IMG/VR virus record: IMGVR_UViG_3300031949_000074
Location: 1 to 44,747 of that record
Reading direction: 5' to 3' (one strand)
Origin: a virus
Taxonomy: Duplodnaviria > Caudoviricetes
DNA: 44,747 nt
Made by a program: the position numbers and the translations under genes. Below, piece after piece: positions 43,947 to 44,747 of the stretch. Position 1 is the first letter of the stretch, and every line of letters starts with the position of its first letter. The notes under the pieces were generated by a model that was not told where the DNA came from, made no database searches, and saw nothing but the letters and a program-made list of their open reading frames with translations.

Positions 43947-43971
43947 CAATCGTTTCGCGCTCTGTTACGTT
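43943..43971 (+). promoter_or_regulatory. Sigma70-type promoter, candidate late promoter
   Basis: TTGACA(43943)-17 bp-TACGTT(43966) with extended TG. Confidence 0.7.
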
Positions 43972-43979
43972 GCTCACAA

Positions 43980-44051
43980 CAGCGCAATACGTCCCGTCAG
44001 GCGATGAAAGACTTCGCGGGGACTTCAGCGCTGGCTCTTTCGGGGGCCAGC
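43980..44051 (+). ncRNA. Structured RNA element, copy 1, plus UUCG hairpin
   Basis: GTCCC-GTCAG-GCGA-TGAAAGACT-TCGC-G-GGGAC within CAGCGC/GCGCTG; overlapping GCTGGCTCT-TTCG-GGGGCCAGC. Confidence 0.65.
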
Positions 44052-44052
44052 T

Positions 44053-44289
44053 ATGAGGTCGCCCGCGTTTCGCGTTTCAGGGGCAGTGATGATTACCGGC
44101 CCGGACATTGCCCGCTTCATGCGCGAGGTGGCCGACAGGGTAGAGCGCTGTGAGGATGTGACCAGCTGGCGCACATTGGGCGCGGCGGTCGGGGAGCACT
44201 GCACGATCACGGCGCGCTGCAACCACGACGGGGCGAGGTATCTTAACATCGAGCTGAGTATGGACCTGGAGCAGCGGCAAACCCAATAG
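44053..44289 (+). CDS. Small protein between the two RNA elements (start 44053, 44086 or 44089)
   Basis: Helix then beta strands (CTITARCNHDGARYLNIELSMDL); stop lies in the AATAG flank of copy 2. Confidence 0.65.
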   Translation: MRSPAFRVSGAVMITGPDIARFMREVADRVERCEDVTSWRTLGAAVGEHCTITARCNHDGARYLNIELSMDLEQRQTQ

Positions 44290-44322
44290 CGGCCGGTCAG
44301 GCGATTAAAGGCTTCGCGCGGC
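44285..44322 (+). ncRNA. Structured RNA element, copy 2
   Basis: GCCG-GTCAG-GCGA-TTAAAGGCT-TCGC-G-CGGC; core 21/23 identical to copy 1. Confidence 0.65.
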
Positions 44323-44358
44323 ACCCGTTGACCCCGAAGAGGGGCCGGCGGGTGCTTT
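44321..44358 (+). terminator. Intrinsic terminator upstream of the HNH/packaging genes
   Basis: GCACCCGTTGACCCC-GAAGA-GGGGCCGGCGGGTGC-TTTT. Confidence 0.75.
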
Positions 44359-44376
44359 TGCGTTGTGGGGGTAACG

Positions 44377-44706
44377 ATGCCGATGAAACCTGGCGCGCCA
44401 TGTCTCGTTCCAACCTGTCCCAACAGGGCGGTCTATCGCGGTCGTTGCGAGATGCATATGCGGCGCGAGGAGCGGATGCGCGGCACCGAGCCCCGGCAGC
44501 AAGCGTTCACGGCGGAGGCGAGGGCCAATGCTAGTGCATTTCTAGCGGAGCATCCGTATTGTGCGCTCTGTGGCACATTGGCGACCGAAGCGCATCACAT
44601 CGTGGAGTGGCGCAACGGGGGCAGCGATGAGTGGGAGAACCTGCAAGCATTATGCAAGCCCTGTCACTCGCGGGTGGGGATGCAGCGTATGAACGCGGCC
44701 AGGTAG
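44377..44706 (+). CDS. Terminase-associated HNH endonuclease
   Basis: CLVPTCP...RCEMH; FLAEHPYCALCG..ATEAHHIV...GGSDEWENLQALCKPCHS; upstream of terS on the circle. Confidence 0.92.
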   Translation: MPMKPGAPCLVPTCPNRAVYRGRCEMHMRREERMRGTEPRQQAFTAEARANASAFLAEHPYCALCGTLATEAHHIVEWRNGGSDEWENLQALCKPCHSRVGMQRMNAAR

Positions 44707-44747
44707 GGGGGGCGTCGAAATCGCTACCGGCATTCAAGACAAAACGT

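Overview
The window looks like an essentially complete, GC-rich temperate siphovirus genome opened between the packaging HNH gene (44377-44706) and terS (47). Gene order: packaging and HK97-type head (terS, terL, Sm-like protein, portal-MuF fusion, protease, capsid); a six-gene glycosylation/methylation cassette right after the capsid gene; a putative head fibre module; neck and non-contractile tail genes with a -1 frameshifted chaperone; lysis (two membrane proteins, an orphan HicB-like gene, a multi-domain endolysin); a self-contained accessory operon ending in a tRNA-Met(CAT); attP and a large serine integrase; an ImmA/lipoprotein/repressor immunity operon with a divergent Cro-like gene and three operators; then early and replication genes (gp3-like RDF, paralog array, ASCH, RlpA-like, initiator with internal iterons, RusA). 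The host is inferred, not shown, to be a monoderm such as Chloroflexota. The most notable candidates are (1) a duplicated, covarying structured RNA element flanking a small ORF and overlapping the terminator in front of the late genes, a possible undescribed antitermination switch, and (2) the capsid-linked glycosylation cassette with a catalytically degenerate glycosyltransferase paralog. All family calls come from motif recognition by eye; no searches were run.
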